Positions 59,439 to 64,000 of a DNA stretch of 64,000 nt are shown here, piece after piece (position 1 is the first letter of the stretch; each line of letters opens with the position of its first letter). The notes below the pieces were generated by a model. That model ran no database searches. It was given only the letters and a program-made list of their open reading frames with translations, and was not told the DNA's origin. The position numbers and the translations under genes were made by a program. Origin of the DNA: an uncultured Candidatus Rokubacteria bacterium (lineage in GTDB: Bacteria; Methylomirabilota; Methylomirabilia; Rokubacteriales; CSP1-6). The stretch lies in assembly GCA_963754315.1 (NCBI GenBank), contig CAVWFS010000014.1, positions 223,839-287,838 of the forward strand, written 5' to 3'.

Positions 59439-60695
59439 TCAGCGCGCGTCGCGACGCAGCGCGGGCACCGTCTCGTACAGCATGTCGCCCACGCGCCGCG
59501 GATAGTCGTCCGGGAAGGTCCACATGCTCCGGCCCGGCAAGTGCGCCAGGCCGCGTCGGGCGGGATCGATGGGGTAGATCATCGACAGGAGGACGTCGGT
59601 GGAGATGCGTTCGTTCGCCACCCAGTACCCATGCCCGCGCATGCCGGTCAGCTCGTGGGCACCGTACACGCCGGCGACATCGATGCCCACCAAACGCTCG
59701 TTGCTGGCCAGAGTCTTGAGATCCTCGCGCGTCAGCTCATCCAGACGTGGGCGCCCCAGGCGCGAGGCACCCGCTAGCAGGCTCGCAACCTTGAGGGCGA
59801 TGTCGTTCTCCGACACGTAGACCTGGGTGCGCCACGCGATCTCGGTCAGGGCCGGCACGTGCGAGCGGGCGAAGGTGGTGAGATCGATGTCGGCCGCCAC
59901 GAAAATGGCGTTGCCGATGCGATAGCGACGCTGCAGCGCCGCGTAATCGTCTGCGGGATGGCGATTACGCAGTCGCACCAGGGCCTCGGCTAACAGTGGC
60001 GAGCCGCAGCTGAAGGCGATCAGGTTCAGGCGCCGGGCCCGGCTGCGCTCGCCCACCAGGGCCACCAGCCGCTCGATGTCGGGAATGTCGGCGCGGGCGC
60101 GCGGGCAGTCGAGGAAGTAGTTCCACACCCTGGTGCCCGTCGGCCAGCTGAAGGCCATCACGGCCGACGAGCTTCCGAGGTAGTGGGCCCAGCCGCCCAT
60201 CAGCGCCATGACCTGGTCGAAGCTGGCCCGATATCCGGGCACATAGATCACCGCCTCGCCGGTGCGAGAGGCTTCGACCTGGCGATTGATGGCGGCGATG
60301 AAGGCACCGTCCGCGTCCCCGCCCAGCTCGCCAAACGTCTCCACCGCGGTCACGCGCGCCCGGCGCGGGGTCGCGATGGTGCTGGTACGGTCTGAGTCCA
60401 CGAGATCGGCGAAGGACCAGCCCGCGTCACCGAGCTGCACGTTGGCGAGGCCGAGCCGCACCGTGTCGCCCCGGCTCTGTAGATAGTGCCCGCGCGTCCC
60501 CGGCGGCGCCGGCGCGCGGCTGGTCGCGTAGAGGACGCGCACGCTCGTGTTGCGGTTCTCCGGCGCCACGAGGCGGGTGAAGTCGAAGCGCGGGTCGCGC
60601 ATGATGATCGGGGCCGGCATCATGATCCAGGATCCATCGCTCGGGGTATCGCAACCGGTCACCAGAACGATGAGCAGCAGGGCAAGCCGGCGCAT
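59439..60695 (-). CDS. Alpha/beta hydrolase lipoprotein (DUF900-like)
   Basis: Lipobox VTGC; LYATSR, YVPGY, FSWP, IAFSCG, AADID, HGYW. Confidence 0.8.
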   Translation of the reverse strand: MRRLALLLIVLVTGCDTPSDGSWIMMPAPIIMRDPRFDFTRLVAPENRNTSVRVLYATSRAPAPPGTRGHYLQSRGDTVRLGLANVQLGDAGWSFADLVDSDRTSTIATPRRARVTAVETFGELGGDADGAFIAAINRQVEASRTGEAVIYVPGYRASFDQVMALMGGWAHYLGSSSAVMAFSWPTGTRVWNYFLDCPRARADIPDIERLVALVGERSRARRLNLIAFSCGSPLLAEALVRLRNRHPADDYAALQRRYRIGNAIFVAADIDLTTFARSHVPALTEIAWRTQVYVSENDIALKVASLLAGASRLGRPRLDELTREDLKTLASNERLVGIDVAGVYGAHELTGMRGHGYWVANERISTDVLLSMIYPIDPARRGLAHLPGRSMWTFPDDYPRRVGDMLYETVPALRRDAR

Positions 60696-60700
60696 GCCGG

Positions 60701-61531
60701 CTAGCCGGGGATCTTGGACAGAAAGCGACGGACGACCGCGTTGAACTTGGCCGGTGCCTCGAGGTTCGTGAGATGCCCGGCGCCGCGGATCACAACCGCG
60801 GTGGCGCCCGGAATCGTCGCGGCCATGAAGCGGTGGACGGCCAGGCAGTGTTCGTCGCGTTCGCCGACCACCAGCAAGGTCGGCGTGCGCAGCCCGCGCA
60901 GGCGGGGCTCGAGCGAGTAGATCGTCGGCCGCTTGGCCAGGACCTCGCGCGCGGTCGCAGCCAACCCGTAGGCACGATGAGTCATGAGACACGCTCGCAG
61001 GAAACGCTCCGCCTCCGGTCCCTGGCTAATGTAGCGTGCGAAGAGAGGATTGGCGAACGCCTCGTCGGCGAAAGCCTCGACCCCGCCCCGGTCGAGCGTG
61101 TTGGCGAGGCCATGGACGGTAGCGATCCAGTCAGCGGTCGCGTCGGAACCAGCTCCCGTGTCGGCGACGAGCAGGGCGGCCACCATGTCCGGGTGCGCCA
61201 GCGCGAAGTTCAAGGCGATGTTGCCGCCCATGGAAAGCCCTCCCACCACCGCTCGCTCGATTCCGAGGTGACCGAGAAGGCCGCGCAGATCGGCCACGGA
61301 GATGGCCTGGGAATAGGCCGCGGCTTCGCGCGGGGTCTCGGAGATCCCGTGGCCGCGCACGTCGTAGGTGATCACGCGGTGGCGGAGGGCGAAGGCACGC
61401 ACTTGGCGGTCCCAGCTCCGGATGCCGCAGGCGAAGCCATGCACAAACACGACCGGTAGGCCGTGTCCCCCGGTCTCGTGCCCCGCGGTCTCGTAATACA
61501 GCGAGATCCCGTTTACCGCCGCCGTCGGCAT
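60701..61531 (-). CDS. Alpha/beta fold hydrolase
   Basis: VHGF, YDVRGHG, GLSMGG, GERD, AGHLTNLEAP. Confidence 0.92.
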   Translation of the reverse strand: MPTAAVNGISLYYETAGHETGGHGLPVVFVHGFACGIRSWDRQVRAFALRHRVITYDVRGHGISETPREAAAYSQAISVADLRGLLGHLGIERAVVGGLSMGGNIALNFALAHPDMVAALLVADTGAGSDATADWIATVHGLANTLDRGGVEAFADEAFANPLFARYISQGPEAERFLRACLMTHRAYGLAATAREVLAKRPTIYSLEPRLRGLRTPTLLVVGERDEHCLAVHRFMAATIPGATAVVIRGAGHLTNLEAPAKFNAVVRRFLSKIPG

Positions 61532-61620
61532 CGCGGGGCGATTGTACAGCGCCCGCCTCGGCCGCGCGCTGTTCGTCGGCAAGCCCTCCGGCGGACGGGA
61601 GCTACAATGAGAGAGGTCCG

Positions 61621-64000
61621 ATGAGCTGCGCGTCGTGCGGACACGAGAACCCCGCCGGGTCGAGCTTCTGTAACGCTTGCGGTGAACGGCTGCCGGCGGC
61701 TCCCGGCCCCGCGCCGCGCTCGTACACACCGCGCCATCTCGTCGAAAAGGTCCTTGCCTCCAAGAGCGCGCTGGAGGGCGAGCGCAAGCCGGTGACCGTC
61801 CTCTTCGCGGACGTGGCGCGCTCCATGGAGCTCGCCGAGCGTGTCGATGCCGAGGAGTGGCATCGGCTCCTCGATCGTCTTTTCCGGATCCTCACCGACG
61901 GCATCCACCGCTACGAGGGAACGATCAACCAGTACACCGGCGATGGCATCATGGCTCTCTTCGGCGCCCCCATCGCCCATGAGGATCACGCCCAGCGGGC
62001 CTGCGCGGCCGCGCTCGAGCTGGCCCGCCATCTCAGGGCGCTTGCGGACGAGGTGCGGCAGGAGAGCGGGCTCGACTTCGCGGTGCGGATCGGCATCAAC
62101 TCGGGCGAGGTCGTGGTGGGGCGTATCGGCGACGACCTGCGCATGGACTACACAGCGCAGGGACACGTGGTCGGGCTCGCCGCCCGTGTGCAGCAGCTGG
62201 CCCCACCGGGCGGGATCAGCCTGACCGAGCAGACCGCGCGGCTCGCCTCCGGTTTCTTCGAGCTGAGCGATCGGGGAGAGCACCTGCTCAAGGGCGCGAG
62301 CATGCCTGTGCGCGTGTTCGATCTGAACGGACCGGGGCCGATCCGGAGCCAGCTCGAGCGCGCTCGCGCGCGCGGCTTCTCGCGCTTCGTCGGCCGCGAG
62401 GGTGAGCTGGCGGTGCTCGAGCGGGCGCTGCGCGACGCCCAGTCCGGCCGACCAACCGTCCTCCTCATCACCGGGGAGCCGGGCGCGGGGAAGAGTCGTC
62501 TGTGTCACGAAAGCCTCACACGCTCCGGGCCGGTGACCCTCCACCACGTTGGTGCCCTCTCCCACGGACGCCTGCTTCCCTTCCATGCCGTCGTCCAGCT
62601 CGCGCGCAGTCTCTTCGGCATCGCCGACAGCGCGTCTGCGGTGGACGTCCGCGCCGTGCTGGACCGCCATCAGACCGCGACGCCGCACCACGATCCGATC
62701 GCCCTGACCTTCTGGCTCGAGCTTCTCGGTGCGCCCGATCCGAAGTCGGCGCCCGAAGGGCTCGAGCCCGATGTTCGCCGTGCGCGTCTCGGTCAGTCCC
62801 TTCGAGATCTGATTCAGGCGCGCGCGCGGGAAGAGCCCATCGTGCTCTGGCTCGAGGATCTGCACTGGCTGGATCCGGCGAGCGAAGCCGTGCTGGAGAT
62901 GCTCATCGGACATCTCCTGGCACCGGAAGCGACAGGCACCCGGGCGCTGCTGCTGGCCACGGCGCGTCCGGAGTATCGGCCCGCGTGGGCCACCGGCAGT
63001 ATGCATCTCGCCCTGGCGCCCCTCGCCGATGCCGACGCGTCGGCCCTGCTCGACGACTGGCTCGGCCCGAACCCCGGGCTGGCACCGCTGCGCGCTCACA
63101 TCGAGGCTCGGGTCCGCGGCAACCCGCTCTTCGTGGAGGAGATCGTTCGATCGCTCGTGGAGCGCGGTGCGCTGCGCGGCCACCGCGGTGCGTACAGGAC
63201 GGCCAACCTTGAGGAGGAGATCGTGCTGCCCGAGAGCTTGCAGGCCGTCCTCGCCTCGCGCATCGATCGGCTGTCGCCGCGCGACAAGGACGTGCTTCAG
63301 GCAGCAGCGGTGATCGGACGAGACGAATCGACGGAGCTGCTGGGCGCCGTGGTCGATCTGGCCCCCTCCGAGATCGCGGCGGTCCTCGCGCGGCTGGCGA
63401 CGGCGGAGCTCTTCAGTCCCTCCGCGCCGGCAGGCGCGTGGGCCTTCCGCCATCCCCTCACACACGAGGTAGCCTACCGCACCCAGCTCCAGGATCGCCG
63501 GCGCCGGACGCATGCCAAGGTCGCGCGGACGCTGCTCGCGCTGCACGGATCCGCCGCCCCGTCACGCGCCGCGCTGCTCGCCCATCACTTCGATGAGGCG
63601 GGCGAGCACCTGGAGGCCGCCGCCTGGCACGAACGCGCGGGCCGGCGCGTCGCCCGCAACGATCCCGCAGTCGGAGCACGGCACTGCCGGAGGGTCATCG
63701 AGCTCGTCACGCCCCTTCCCGAATCGTCCCAGACTCTCACCCTCGGACTGACCTCGCGCATCGCACTGCTCGAGATCGGACGCCTGGCGGGGATCGAGGA
63801 GGGTCCGGCCCGCGCGCTGTTCGAGGAGGCCGGCGCCGTGGCCGAGCGCCTGGGGGATCGAAGCGGCCACGCCTTCCTGCTCATGTCCTACGGCCGCCTG
63901 TGCGGGCTGGCCGGCGACGTGACGGAGTATCTGACGTGTGCGGAACGCGCGGCGAATCTCGCCGAGGAGTCCGACGATGCCGCGCTCGCATTCGAGACGC
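61621..64000 (+). CDS. Zinc ribbon + class III cyclase + AAA ATPase + TPR-like protein; runs off window end
   Basis: Manual translation from ATG 61621: CASC/CNAC, VTVLFADV, QYTGDG, GEPGAGKS, EDLHW, GNPLFVEE; motifs stay in one frame; absent from the ORF track because there is no stop. Confidence 0.9.
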   Translation, partial: MSCASCGHENPAGSSFCNACGERLPAAPGPAPRSYTPRHLVEKVLASKSALEGERKPVTVLFADVARSMELAERVDAEEWHRLLDRLFRILTDGIHRYEGTINQYTGDGIMALFGAPIAHEDHAQRACAAALELARHLRALADEVRQESGLDFAVRIGINSGEVVVGRIGDDLRMDYTAQGHVVGLAARVQQLAPPGGISLTEQTARLASGFFELSDRGEHLLKGASMPVRVFDLNGPGPIRSQLERARARGFSRFVGREGELAVLERALRDAQSGRPTVLLITGEPGAGKSRLCHESLTRSGPVTLHHVGALSHGRLLPFHAVVQLARSLFGIADSASAVDVRAVLDRHQTATPHHDPIALTFWLELLGAPDPKSAPEGLEPDVRRARLGQSLRDLIQARAREEPIVLWLEDLHWLDPASEAVLEMLIGHLLAPEATGTRALLLATARPEYRPAWATGSMHLALAPLADADASALLDDWLGPNPGLAPLRAHIEARVRGNPLFVEEIVRSLVERGALRGHRGAYRTANLEEEIVLPESLQAVLASRIDRLSPRDKDVLQAAAVIGRDESTELLGAVVDLAPSEIAAVLARLATAELFSPSAPAGAWAFRHPLTHEVAYRTQLQDRRRRTHAKVARTLLALHGSAAPSRAALLAHHFDEAGEHLEAAAWHERAGRRVARNDPAVGARHCRRVIELVTPLPESSQTLTLGLTSRIALLEIGRLAGIEEGPARALFEEAGAVAERLGDRSGHAFLLMSYGRLCGLAGDVTEYLTCAERAANLAEESDDAALAFET

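Noticed and set aside
1..64000. tRNA (including tRNA-Sec), rRNA, integrase or transposase genes
   Set aside because: None recognised by eye; intergenic spaces are short. A tRNAscan/Infernal run would be needed to exclude them formally.

Overview
GC-rich bacterial chromosomal segment. The expanded 'ABC_sub_bind' solute-binding paralogs, zinc-ribbon/class III cyclase/AAA/TPR proteins, hydantoinases and GC-rich palindromic repeats suggest Candidatus Rokubacteria (Methylomirabilota); this is inference, as no marker gene is present. The window holds four ABC importer operons, two hydantoinase/oxoprolinase loci (one with AroM, DUF917 and an amidohydrolase), aromatic oxygenases (Rieske, PobA, LLM), an ada-2OG oxygenase-alkB repair operon, two toxin-antitoxin pairs, three nucleotide-cyclase-family genes, an HtrA-HtrA-LuxR module and several gene remnants. 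About a dozen genes carry single-base frameshifts, most likely assembly errors, so every single-base claim needs read-level confirmation. I found no rRNA, tRNA, CRISPR array or intact transposase. The top finding is at 48333-49260: a signal-peptide-less protein of the periplasmic-binding-protein fold with an in-frame TGA at codon 73, followed by a bacterial SECIS-like hairpin. It is a candidate selenoprotein in a family not usually recognised as one.
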